A stretch of 39,328 bases of DNA from an uncultured Candidatus Sumerlaeota bacterium (GTDB taxonomy: Bacteria; CAYMEV01). The notes below the pieces were generated by a model. That model did no database searches, was not told the DNA's origin, and saw nothing but the letters and a program-made list of their open reading frames with translations. Shown piece by piece: positions 27,224 through 36,307 of this stretch. The translations under genes were made by a program, and so were the position numbers. Each line of letters begins with the position of its first letter. Position 1 is the first letter of the stretch. The stretch lies in assembly GCA_964389675.1 (NCBI GenBank), contig CAYMEV010000012.1:1-39328 (forward strand). The letters are read 5' to 3'.

Positions 27224-28502
27224 CCCGTATCCGGAGAGACAGCTCTGGAAAAAGAAAAAAAGCATATTCAAGCTTCCCCCCTTCACGCTGTTTCTGATAA
27301 AGGCGCTTACACCCTTCAGGTATGATATCACCCTTATCGATGAATCCCAGGAGGATATAGAATTTGACAGGATAAGGGGTTGCATAGTCTGCATCTCTAT
27401 TATGACATCTAATGCAAACAGGGGATATGCCATTGCTGAAATCCTTAAAAAGAACCAGAACATAATAATCTTTGGAGGCATTCATTCCTCCGCTCTCCCC
27501 CAGGAGGTACTGAAGCATGCTGACTCAGTATGTATCGGTGAGATTGAGAACCTTTGGATCGGAATGCTCAATGATATTGAAAAGGGCCGGCTGAAGAGAG
27601 TTTACAGAAGCCAGAACAGGCCTGCCCCCGAGGACATATCAAGCGTATCTTATATCAAGGGATCCTATATAGTAAAAAACCTGATCTCAATTACGAGGGG
27701 GTGCCCGTTTAACTGTGATTTCTGCAGTGTAAGCAGGTTTTTCGGGACCAGATACAGGAAAAGGGCCCTGTCTTCAGCCTTTTATGATTTTGCTCTCAGG
27801 GGTTTTGGAATGTTCATAATCCTGGATGATAACCTTACTATAGACAAAGGCTATTTCCTGCGGCTTTTCAGGCTTGTAGGCATGCTTCGCCTGAGGTGGG
27901 TGGGGCAATCATCAATAGGGTGCCTTAATGATGAGGAGATAATTGATACAATGAAAGCCTCAGGCTGTTCAGCACTTCTTATCGGTTTTGAAAGCGCTTC
28001 AGATGCAGACGGGCAGACATATTCAAAGCATAAGGCCATTAATGATGTCGAGGCTATTATAAAAAAGCTTCATAAGAGGAATATACTTATTCACGGCAGT
28101 TTTATCTTCGGCTTTGACAATGACAATCCCGGGTCTTTTGACAGGACCCTTCTGTTCTGCAATAAAAACAGGATTGCTACTGCAAATTTCTCCATACTGG
28201 TGCCCTATCCGCAGACCAGGGTCTTAAGATGCCTTTCTGAACAGGGCAGGATGTGCAGGTTCTCTGACTGGGACAGCTTTGACAGGCTGGCATTGACCTT
28301 TAAGATGAACGGGCTTGAGTCTGAGTTTCTGAAACACAGCATTATCAGCCTGTATAAAAGATTCTTCAGCCTCAGGAATATTCTTTCTAAACTACCGTTC
28401 AACAGCCTTCATGTATTTCTCCTGTATATCTCATATACTTTCTACTACAGGAAGGGCATAAAAAAATATGAAGAGATATACATGTCCTCTGACAGCCCGT
28501 GA
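27195..28502 (+). CDS. Cobalamin-binding radical SAM protein
   Basis: N-term B12-binding-like 'IIFGGIHSSALP...IGEIE', 'TRGCPFNCDFC', 'DDNL', 'IGFES' and 'FIFGFDND'. Confidence 0.85.
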   Translation: MPTRKIYLISPYPERQLWKKKKSIFKLPPFTLFLIKALTPFRYDITLIDESQEDIEFDRIRGCIVCISIMTSNANRGYAIAEILKKNQNIIIFGGIHSSALPQEVLKHADSVCIGEIENLWIGMLNDIEKGRLKRVYRSQNRPAPEDISSVSYIKGSYIVKNLISITRGCPFNCDFCSVSRFFGTRYRKRALSSAFYDFALRGFGMFIILDDNLTIDKGYFLRLFRLVGMLRLRWVGQSSIGCLNDEEIIDTMKASGCSALLIGFESASDADGQTYSKHKAINDVEAIIKKLHKRNILIHGSFIFGFDNDNPGSFDRTLLFCNKNRIATANFSILVPYPQTRVLRCLSEQGRMCRFSDWDSFDRLALTFKMNGLESEFLKHSIISLYKRFFSLRNILSKLPFNSLHVFLLYISYTFYYRKGIKKYEEIYMSSDSP

Positions 28503-28716
28503 TCCTGCTGTATCTCCGGATATGAAATTTTTAATATTCATACAGTGCAGGCAGGAACAAAACAGACTTTTTATGGTAGTAGATTATAAAATGTTTATGC
28601 TGTCGGTATCAGGATATCTTAAATATTAATAATAATATACCGGAATTAAATTATGTGGATTTATATAAAAAAAGCATTATTATCTTTTACAGGAATCTGA
28701 TAACAGGAGAAATGAC

Positions 28717-29433
28717 ATGAGAAAACTTATGATGCCATGCCTGACTTTGCTTCTGTTGTTCTGCTTCTGCGCATGCACAGCGGAAAGCATACTGAGCATA
28801 GATGAGTATTATGAGCGGGGACAGGCTTATGAAGAGCAGAATGACATAAAAAGGGCAAGAAGGGCTTATGAGAACCTCCTCAAGTATTACCCGAGATCCC
28901 CCTATACCAAGGATGTCCTGCTGAAAACAGCTGATTTTAAGTACCAGGAAGAAGATTATATAGAAGCACTGGCTGATTATCTTATATACCAGAAGTATTA
29001 TGAGAATTACGAGGAATCTGAATATATACTCTACAGGATAGCAAACTGCTACTTCTATGCGAGGCTTCCTTATGACAGGGATCATGAATTCATGAACAAT
29101 GCTCTCTCAGAGTTTAAGAACCTTATATATAACTATCCGGACAGCCAGTACCTCCCTGATGTGATTGAGAAGATCAGGATAATAAACGGGGAAAAAGCAC
29201 AGGCTGAGATGGATATTGCAGTCCAGTACTACAAGCTGAGGTCATTTACTGCATCCAGGGAAAGGCTTCTTTATCTTCTTGAGAACTATCCGGGGCATGG
29301 ATTTGAGGAAGAGGCCTATTACAGGCTTGCCCTGATATTTAAGAGATTTGATAAACAGGAGGAATTTGAAAAGTACTACAACCTTCTGGCAGAGAATTAT
29401 CCTGATTCGGATTATATTGACAGGCTGAAATAG
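28717..29433 (+). CDS. bamD: Outer membrane protein assembly lipoprotein BamD (TPR)
   Basis: Lipoprotein-type signal ('CFCAC'); TPRs with 'YPRSPY', 'YDRDHE', 'NYPDSQY' and 'AQAEMDIAVQYYK'. Confidence 0.85.
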   Translation: MRKLMMPCLTLLLLFCFCACTAESILSIDEYYERGQAYEEQNDIKRARRAYENLLKYYPRSPYTKDVLLKTADFKYQEEDYIEALADYLIYQKYYENYEESEYILYRIANCYFYARLPYDRDHEFMNNALSEFKNLIYNYPDSQYLPDVIEKIRIINGEKAQAEMDIAVQYYKLRSFTASRERLLYLLENYPGHGFEEEAYYRLALIFKRFDKQEEFEKYYNLLAENYPDSDYIDRLK

Positions 29434-29439
29434 GACTTC

Positions 29440-29775
29440 TTATTTTCTCATTGTAAAACGGCCTATGAATGTCCCGTTTTCCTGTATTTCAAAATACTTG
29501 GTGATTATGTCGCCCTTTACAGTCCCTGTATTATGGATCGTTATCTTGTTTTTGCATAATACATCGCCGTTGAGCTCTCCATGAACAAATATATTGTTTG
29601 CCTTGACCAGCCCGTGAACAGAGCCGGACAGGCCTATGATCACATCTCCGTCAGAATGTATGCTTGATTCAAAAAAGCCGTCTATCCGGACGCTTCCTGG
29701 GCAGTATAGCGTCCCTTCCTTAAGGGATGTGTCCTTTGAAAACAGGACAAGAATTGGAAGATTATTGCCGTTCAA
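29440..29775 (-). CDS. Bactofilin (polymer-forming cytoskeletal protein, CcmA family)
   Basis: Beta-helix repeats 'SVRIDG', 'GSVHGLVKANNIFVHGELNGDV' and 'GTVKGDI...IQENGTFIG'; overlaps the parB stop. Confidence 0.85.
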   Translation of the reverse strand: MNGNNLPILVLFSKDTSLKEGTLYCPGSVRIDGFFESSIHSDGDVIIGLSGSVHGLVKANNIFVHGELNGDVLCKNKITIHNTGTVKGDIITKYFEIQENGTFIGRFTMRK

Positions 29776-30622
29776 TGCCTAAAAGCCTTTTATAGATATT
29801 ATCAAAGTCCTCTTTGGAGTAATAGTCAATTTTTATGGAGCCTTTTCCGTCCCTTGTGCTGTTAATCGATACCTTTGTATTCAGAATATTTATGAGCTGT
29901 TCTTCAACCTGCTTGATGTTCGGGTCTTTTCTTCTTTTCTTCCTGGAACTCCTGCTGTTTATTGTCTTTATCAGCATTTCCAGCTGATTTACAGAGAGCT
30001 TATGCTTTATTGTGTGATTGAATACCTCTATCATTTTCGGCTCAGCAGGAATTGCAAGCAAAGCCCTGCAGTGGCCCATTGAAATAATGCCATCGGCAAG
30101 CGCCTGCTTTATGACCTCCGGAAGCTTAAGAAGCCTTATGTGGTTGGTTATATTGCTCCTGTCAATATTGAGCCTTTGAGACAGCTCATTATGAGTAATA
30201 TTGAGCTTCTCAACAATGGATTTGAAGCTGTATGCCTTCTCAAGCGGGGAAAGATCATCCCGCTGAATATTCTCTATAAGGCTGATAATCATGAACTGCT
30301 GTTCATTATAATCCCTTATCAGGGCAGGGATTTTGGAGAGCCCTGCCATCCTGGCGGCAAGGAACCTGCGTTCGCCTGCAATGATATAATAATCATCACC
30401 CTTCTTTGAAACCAGTATGGGCTGAATAACCCCGTTTGCCCTGATGGAGTCCGAAAGTTCTTTCAGGAGCTCGTCATTAAAGATCCTTCTTGGCTGGTAT
30501 GGATTGGACCTTATAACTGAAATATCTACCAGATGAACCTGGCTGCCGTCCTTTTTGCCTTCAGGAAAATCCCCCAGTAGAGATGCCAGCCCCTTTCCCA
30601 GGCCTTTCTTGTTACTTGCCAT
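29762..30622 (-). CDS. parB: Chromosome partition protein ParB/Spo0J
   Basis: ParA-activating N-term 'KKGLGKGLASLL', 'NPYQPRR', 'IAGERRFLA', 'IENIQRDDL', 'RLLKLP' and 'GHCRALL'. Confidence 0.96.
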   Translation of the reverse strand: MASNKKGLGKGLASLLGDFPEGKKDGSQVHLVDISVIRSNPYQPRRIFNDELLKELSDSIRANGVIQPILVSKKGDDYYIIAGERRFLAARMAGLSKIPALIRDYNEQQFMIISLIENIQRDDLSPLEKAYSFKSIVEKLNITHNELSQRLNIDRSNITNHIRLLKLPEVIKQALADGIISMGHCRALLAIPAEPKMIEVFNHTIKHKLSVNQLEMLIKTINSRSSRKKRRKDPNIKQVEEQLINILNTKVSINSTRDGKGSIKIDYYSKEDFDNIYKRLLGIERQ

Positions 30623-31376
30623 TTACAACTATTTCCTCTGCTAATTTTAGGTATTGCTCCGAGCCTACCGACCTTATGTCATAAAGCATTATGGGCTTGC
30701 CATGGCTCGGTGATTCACCCAGGCGCACACTTCTTGATATTGTAGTATTAAATATATATTTCCCAAAGTATTTTTTTGCTTCCTCCAGTACCTGTGTGGA
30801 AAGGTTTGTCCTCCTGTCGTGCATGGTCATAAGTATGCCCTTTATCTTCAGGTCCGGGTTGAAGTTCTTTTTAATTATGTCAATTGTTGTAAGCAGTTGA
30901 GCTACGCCTTCCAGTGAAAAGAACTCGCACTGGACAGGAATTATTACGCTGTGTGCAAAGACCAGAGAATTAAGGGTCAGCAGGCTTAAGGAAGGGGGGC
31001 AGTCAATGAGGCAATAGTCATAATTGCCTGCAAATTCGTTCATATAACTCTTCAGGATATATTCCCTGTTCTCATAATCTGAATATTCTACATCAAAGCC
31101 CGCAAGGTCCATCGTTGCGGGTATTATGTGCAGGCTGTCAAGGTGCTTTTTAATTACAGCTTTCTCTGCAGGTGTCTTCTTTGCTATTACATCGTAAATA
31201 TCATTGTTCAGGGAATTTTTATCAATCCCCAGCCCGCTGGTAGTATTTCCCTGCGGGTCAAAATCAATTATGAGCACGCGCTTCTCAAAACTTGCGAGCG
31301 ATGTCCCAAGGTTTATAGTGGTTGTTGTCTTTCCAACACCGCCTTTTTGATTAGCTACTGCAATTACTTCTACCAT
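30612..31376 (-). CDS. parA: Chromosome partition ATPase ParA/Soj
   Basis: 'ANQKGGVGKTTT', 'DFDPQGN', 'IDCPPSL', 'PVQCEFF' and 'ESPSHGKP'; no N-terminal HTH. Confidence 0.96.
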   Translation of the reverse strand: MVEVIAVANQKGGVGKTTTTINLGTSLASFEKRVLIIDFDPQGNTTSGLGIDKNSLNNDIYDVIAKKTPAEKAVIKKHLDSLHIIPATMDLAGFDVEYSDYENREYILKSYMNEFAGNYDYCLIDCPPSLSLLTLNSLVFAHSVIIPVQCEFFSLEGVAQLLTTIDIIKKNFNPDLKIKGILMTMHDRRTNLSTQVLEEAKKYFGKYIFNTTISRSVRLGESPSHGKPIMLYDIRSVGSEQYLKLAEEIVVNGK

Positions 31377-31395
31377 TTCTATTCCTGTAATTTAA

Positions 31396-31442
31396 CCCGT
31401 TTTATTACTATAAAACGTTTTCCCGTTTTATTACTATAAAAC
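31396..31442. repeat. Exact 21-bp direct repeat (26-bp period), each copy an internal palindrome
   Basis: CCCGTTTTATTACTATAAAAC at 31396-31416 and 31422-31442; core GTTTTAT-TACT-ATAAAAC. Confidence 0.85.
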
Positions 31443-31449
31443 ATTTAAC

Positions 31450-31465
31450 TGTTTCATGTGAAACA
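31450..31465. promoter_or_regulatory. parS centromere site
   Basis: TGTTTCATGTGAAACA matches the widespread consensus TGTTTCACGTGAAACA at 15/16, about 75 bp upstream of soj. Confidence 0.9.
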
Positions 31466-31517
31466 TATATCTATAATAAAAATTTTCAGTTTGCAAGAGA
31501 ATAATCCATAATTTATT

Positions 31518-32513
31518 CTAGTCCGTCTCACCTGAAATGTCATCATAGAAGATCTTTTTTATGGTATCAAGGTGGTTATAATGGCTCAGAATATACTGCA
31601 GTTTGACATATGCTGCTTCAGTTGTAATATTCCTGCCGTTTATTGCACCGTTTTCAACCGCCTTTCTTCCTGTTTCATATGAAACAGGGTTGATACTGCC
31701 ATGGATGCACTGGGATGTCAGGACAGCAGGCACATTCTTTTCTGCAAGCTCTCTGATAAACCGGCTGAACATGTCCTCATAATTTGGCAGGGTACCCGAG
31801 CCAAAAGATTCAATAATGATGCCGTCAGGCTGCATTTTAAGAATATTCTCAAGAAACCTGCCGTCAAAGTTCGGATAAACCTTTATTATGGGTATGTTTG
31901 ATAATCTTATATTATCGATAAAAAGCGGGTCTTTCTGCTTTTTTTGTGCCTTTCTTATAAGGGAAGACCATTCTATGTCAATCCCGATAATTGCCAGGGG
32001 AGGGTAATTTGGCGAGGTAAATGCATCATAGCGGATATTGCTGAGCTTTGTCGCCCTGTTGGCCCTTAGCAGTTCATTGCTAAAGCAGATGGCAATTTCC
32101 CTTATGTCGCAGGCTGCGCACTCGATGCTGTTTATAATATTATTGCGAGCATCATTTCTCCTCTCACTGAGCGGTTTCTGCGAGCCGGTGAATATTATGG
32201 GCTTATTGAGATTTTTGAGTATGAACGAGAGAGCGGTAGATGTATATACCATGGTGTCTGTGCCGTGCATGACCACAAAACCGTCATACCCGGCGTAAAG
32301 TTCATATATCTTATAGGCAATCTGGTTCCATTCATCAATTCCGATCATGCAGCTGTCAGCATTGAGAAGGTTAAACCAGCCTATCTCTGCTATCTGGTTT
32401 ATTTCCGGTATAGCCCGAAGCAGCATCTCGGGATCGCTGCACGGAACATTGGTATCCCCATGCCTGATCATGCCTATGGTTCCGCCGGTAAATATGATGG
32501 CGACCCTTTTCAT
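31518..32513 (-). CDS. ansA: Type I (cytoplasmic) L-asparaginase
   Basis: 'TGGTIGM', 'HGTDTM', 'TGSQKP' and 'FTSPNYPPLA'; no signal peptide. Confidence 0.9.
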   Translation of the reverse strand: MKRVAIIFTGGTIGMIRHGDTNVPCSDPEMLLRAIPEINQIAEIGWFNLLNADSCMIGIDEWNQIAYKIYELYAGYDGFVVMHGTDTMVYTSTALSFILKNLNKPIIFTGSQKPLSERRNDARNNIINSIECAACDIREIAICFSNELLRANRATKLSNIRYDAFTSPNYPPLAIIGIDIEWSSLIRKAQKKQKDPLFIDNIRLSNIPIIKVYPNFDGRFLENILKMQPDGIIIESFGSGTLPNYEDMFSRFIRELAEKNVPAVLTSQCIHGSINPVSYETGRKAVENGAINGRNITTEAAYVKLQYILSHYNHLDTIKKIFYDDISGETD

Positions 32514-32665
32514 ACATCCCTCCTGTCATAAGAAGATTGAATCAGATATTAAACTATTCTATAAATTTATCCCCATATGAAAAGAAAATATTTGTATTTA
32601 TGCAGTATTTGGTATAAAAATATAAACTGGTATAATTATATATCTATTTTTTAAAGAGGTGCTTT

Positions 32666-34186
32666 ATGAGAAGATTGAATATAGTGCTGGTTTTCATTTC
32701 TCTGCTCTTTTGTATTAAAGGCTACAGCCAGAATAATATTGATATTCTGAGGTTTGATATATCCAGGTTTCCGAGTGTTAAGGCTGTTTGCCTCCCTTAC
32801 AGCAAGGAAGCGGAGCCTTCTGCCTATCTGAATGAAGCCAGTTATGAAATAACGGAAAACGGGATGCATAAGCCCTCCGGTATAAATATAGCCCCGTTAA
32901 GCAGCAGGCTGCCATATAATTATATATTTGCAATAGATAATTCAGGAAGCACAAAGAACTTCCACAACATTATCCAAAAGTCAATCAATACCATACTGGA
33001 GTCTATTGATCCATCAGACAGGGTATCCCTGTTTCTCTTTGATTCCAGCACTGAAAAGAAAACAGATCTTGTAACTGACAGGGAGATTATAAGATCAATA
33101 ATATCTGATATAAAGTATGATGGTAATTACACATACATCTATGATGCCATGTTTGAGATATCCAATTTCATAATGTCGAACAGGGCGGATATGAATATTA
33201 TTATATTCTTTACCGACGGTATAGATACCGGCAGTATGGTCCAGCCGAATACAGTAATTGACAAGCTTACGACAGATAATATAAAGTTCATGAACATAGG
33301 TTTCGGGCAGGACAGGAGGCTGAGCAACCTTGAGAGGCTCTCCGGCATCACAGGTTTTGAGTCCTTCAGAATCAAGTCTGCCGGTGAGTCCGATAAACTC
33401 GGAGACTTCCTGAAGGACAGAATGAATAACCAGGTCATGCTGAGCTATAACAGCTCATTGAAGAGCATACCTGACAGGGATTACTTTGCATCAGTAAAAT
33501 TCAGCTCAGATGGTTCAAATGCCGTCAGCTCATTCAGCACAGGAAATATTCTGCCCATTCAGAACTACATACTTTCCCTTGCAGAACCTGAGCCGAAGGA
33601 AATCCCGAAGTCCAAAAGCAGTTCTTCATTTTTTGCGGGTAATAACCTGATCATTGCAGCTCTGATCCTGGCCCTTGGTATGATAGCCTATGCTTTTATA
33701 CGGAGGCAGAGGCAGAAAACTCCTGCAACGGCGGCATATTACGAGCCAAAAGAAGCACAGGAGTCTGTCTATGATGATTATGACGAGCATACCATGGTGC
33801 TTGAGGATATTCCTGACCTTACCGAGGAAGAGCTTGAGGAAGAAGAGTTTGATGACGAGATATTAAGCAATACCATCGTTATGAGCGAGGAGCCTGTGAT
33901 CATAATCAAGCAGGGATCATCGAGAAAGATTACCTATGACCTCGGAGGCAAGGACAATTTCACCATAGGCAGAGCGGAGGGGAATTCAATAGTCCTTGCA
34001 AACAGGAGCGTATCTTCAAAGCATTGTATAATCAGGAAGATCGGGGGAGCTTTTGTTATATACGACCTTAAAAGCACCAACGGGACTTTTGTCAATGGGC
34101 AGAGAATAAAAAAAGCCCTCTTAAAGCCCGGGGATACTATACATATCGGAGAAACCATTCTGGATTTTCAGCTTAGAAGGAAATAA
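32666..34186 (+). CDS. Membrane protein: signal peptide - vWA domain - TM - acidic linker - FHA domain
   Basis: MIDAS 'IDNSGS' and 'FTDG'; TM 'LIIAALILALGMIAYAFI-RRQR'; FHA 'TIGR', 'VSSKH' and 'DLKSTNGTFVNG'. Confidence 0.88.
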   Translation: MRRLNIVLVFISLLFCIKGYSQNNIDILRFDISRFPSVKAVCLPYSKEAEPSAYLNEASYEITENGMHKPSGINIAPLSSRLPYNYIFAIDNSGSTKNFHNIIQKSINTILESIDPSDRVSLFLFDSSTEKKTDLVTDREIIRSIISDIKYDGNYTYIYDAMFEISNFIMSNRADMNIIIFFTDGIDTGSMVQPNTVIDKLTTDNIKFMNIGFGQDRRLSNLERLSGITGFESFRIKSAGESDKLGDFLKDRMNNQVMLSYNSSLKSIPDRDYFASVKFSSDGSNAVSSFSTGNILPIQNYILSLAEPEPKEIPKSKSSSSFFAGNNLIIAALILALGMIAYAFIRRQRQKTPATAAYYEPKEAQESVYDDYDEHTMVLEDIPDLTEEELEEEEFDDEILSNTIVMSEEPVIIIKQGSSRKITYDLGGKDNFTIGRAEGNSIVLANRSVSSKHCIIRKIGGAFVIYDLKSTNGTFVNGQRIKKALLKPGDTIHIGETILDFQLRRK

Positions 34187-34236
34187 AGCCTGTTTAATCT
34201 TAATATAATATCATTTTATAAGGAGCATAGTTATCA

Positions 34237-35559
34237 ATGGAAGATATTGTAGATGTAATTGTGGTTGGAGCTGGCCTTTCAGGTATCGCCTGTGCAATCG
34301 AGCTAAAAAAGGCCGGCCTTGAGGTTATCGTCCTTGAAAGGGGAGAGTTCCCCGGGGCAAAGAACAGCTTCGGAGGCATACTCTTTACAACCCTGCTTAA
34401 AGACCTTATACCTGATTTCAGGAAAGATGCACCGCTGGAGAGGGCCATTGCTTACAAGGACCTCAGCTTCATGAATGACAGTGATGCAGTAAGCCTCCAG
34501 CTTTATTCAAATAAGTGGGCATCCTGGGACTTATCCGACTCCTTTACTGTTTGCAGGGCAAAATTTGACAGGTGGTTTGCAGAAAAGGCATCGGAAATGG
34601 GGGTTGATATCTACGAAGGCATTGTTGTTCAGGACCTTATCAGGGAAAACGGGTCAGTAAAGGGTGTTAAGGTGAGAGGCGAAAAAAGCGGTGAATATGA
34701 TGAATTCAGGGCAAATGCCGTTGTCATTGCAGAAGGCTCAAATTCCCTTCTTACTGAAAGAGCCGGCCTCAGGGCCGGAAAATCGATCATGGCCCCAAAG
34801 AACAGGGTATCTGCTGTAAAAGAGATCATAGAGATAGGCGAGGAAGAGGTCACAAAAAGATTTAACCTTGAAGAGAAGACAGGAAAGGCGGTAAGCTATT
34901 TCGGGTTCCCGAATGCATACATGGTAGGGGTCGGTTTTCTTTATACCAATAAAAGTACTGTCTCTGTCGGCCTGGGTGTGTTGATAGACGACCTTTCCTA
35001 CAGGAAGGAGCCTATATATGACCTTCTCGAGAGGTTTAAGGCCCACCCTGTTATAAGCCCTGCGATAAAGGGAGGCAAAGTCCTTGAATATTCAACCCAC
35101 ATGATTGCAGAGGATTCACAGAAGCATCCTGTCCGCATATTTGATGATGGAGTCCTTGTGGTTGGTGATGCAGCGGGGTTTGTAAACATGTCATTTCATA
35201 TGGAGGCAACGAACCTTGCAATGCTTTCAGGGATTAATGCCGCAAAAGCAATAAAGGCGGCAAAGGATAAAAATGATTATACAAAGAACACTCTTTTTAT
35301 ATATAAAGAACTGCTTGAAAAATCTTTCATGAAGAGTGATCTTGCTGAATCCGACCATTATATGGAGCTTTTCATGTCGGAAAGGAACTTTCTGAAGAAG
35401 TATCCGGAATTTGGATTAAGGTCCATGATAGATTTCTTTACTCCCCAGAATGTATCCAAGAAGGAAATAAAGAAGAGGATATTCAAAAACCTCAGGAAGG
35501 AAATAGGCCTGTTCAATCTGTTAAAGGCTCTATTTAAAGCAAGGAGGATCGTTCTATGA
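34237..35559 (+). CDS. fixC: FixC-family FAD-dependent oxidoreductase (ETF:quinone oxidoreductase-like)
   Basis: 'VVGAGLSG', 'ERGEFPGAKN', 'RAKFDRW', 'GFLYTNK' and 'VGDAAGF'. Confidence 0.85.
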   Translation: MEDIVDVIVVGAGLSGIACAIELKKAGLEVIVLERGEFPGAKNSFGGILFTTLLKDLIPDFRKDAPLERAIAYKDLSFMNDSDAVSLQLYSNKWASWDLSDSFTVCRAKFDRWFAEKASEMGVDIYEGIVVQDLIRENGSVKGVKVRGEKSGEYDEFRANAVVIAEGSNSLLTERAGLRAGKSIMAPKNRVSAVKEIIEIGEEEVTKRFNLEEKTGKAVSYFGFPNAYMVGVGFLYTNKSTVSVGLGVLIDDLSYRKEPIYDLLERFKAHPVISPAIKGGKVLEYSTHMIAEDSQKHPVRIFDDGVLVVGDAAGFVNMSFHMEATNLAMLSGINAAKAIKAAKDKNDYTKNTLFIYKELLEKSFMKSDLAESDHYMELFMSERNFLKKYPEFGLRSMIDFFTPQNVSKKEIKKRIFKNLRKEIGLFNLLKALFKARRIVL

Positions 35560-35828
35560 AACTTGAAGACAAGTTATCCCTCGTAAAAAGAAAGATTGAC
35601 AGAGACAGCCATATAAAGGTCGATCAGGAAAAGTTCAAATCCGATAAAAGTAAGGTTGTGCTTTATATATGCCCTGCAAAGGTATATGAACTCAATGAGG
35701 AAACAGGGGAGTGCATAGTAAACTTTGATAATTGCCTGGAGTGCGGATGCTGTATGGTTTCTGCACGGGATTATGTGGACTGGGACAATCCTAATGGAGG
35801 ATTCGGCATAAGCAACAGTTATGGTTAG
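35556..35828 (+). CDS. fixX: FixX-like ferredoxin
   Basis: 'CPAKVY...CLECGCC...W..P.GGFG'; ATGA overlap with fixC. Confidence 0.85.
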   Translation: MKLEDKLSLVKRKIDRDSHIKVDQEKFKSDKSKVVLYICPAKVYELNEETGECIVNFDNCLECGCCMVSARDYVDWDNPNGGFGISNSYG

Positions 35829-35830
35829 GG

Positions 35831-36298
35831 TCAGGATTGCCTTCGGGGTTTATGCCTGTCTGAGCTGTCCAGTATTATAGTAAAGGGGCCGTCATTGATC
35901 AGGCTGACCTGCATGCTGGCCCGGAAAATTCCGTATTTTGCTGAAGGAAAGGCCTTTTTCATCTCGCTGTAGAACAGCTCAGAGAATTCCCTGCCTTTTT
36001 CAATATCCGCAGCATGGCTGAAAGAGGGCCTGTTCCCTTTCCTTGTTGAGGAGATGAGTGTAAACTGAGGGACAAGCAGTATCTCCCCTTCTGCTTCCAC
36101 TATTGCCAGGTTTGCTTTCTGAGCGCTGTCTTCAAATATTCTAAGGTTTAGTATTTTGTGCACCATATACCTTATGTCCTCATACTCATCATCTTCATGT
36201 ATCCCGAAAAGTACCAGCAAGCCCCTTTTAATTTCAGCAACTGCCCTGCCTTCGACGCAGACATCTGCTTTTATTACTCTTTGGACTACTGCCTTCAC
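35831..36298 (-). CDS. dtd: D-aminoacyl-tRNA deacylase
   Basis: 'MKAVVQRV', 'LRIFED', 'PQFTL', 'GNRPSF' and Gly-cisPro 'NDGPFT'. Confidence 0.95.
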   Translation of the reverse strand: MKAVVQRVIKADVCVEGRAVAEIKRGLLVLFGIHEDDEYEDIRYMVHKILNLRIFEDSAQKANLAIVEAEGEILLVPQFTLISSTRKGNRPSFSHAADIEKGREFSELFYSEMKKAFPSAKYGIFRASMQVSLINDGPFTIILDSSDRHKPRRQS

Positions 36299-36307
36299 TT
36301 CCTTCTG

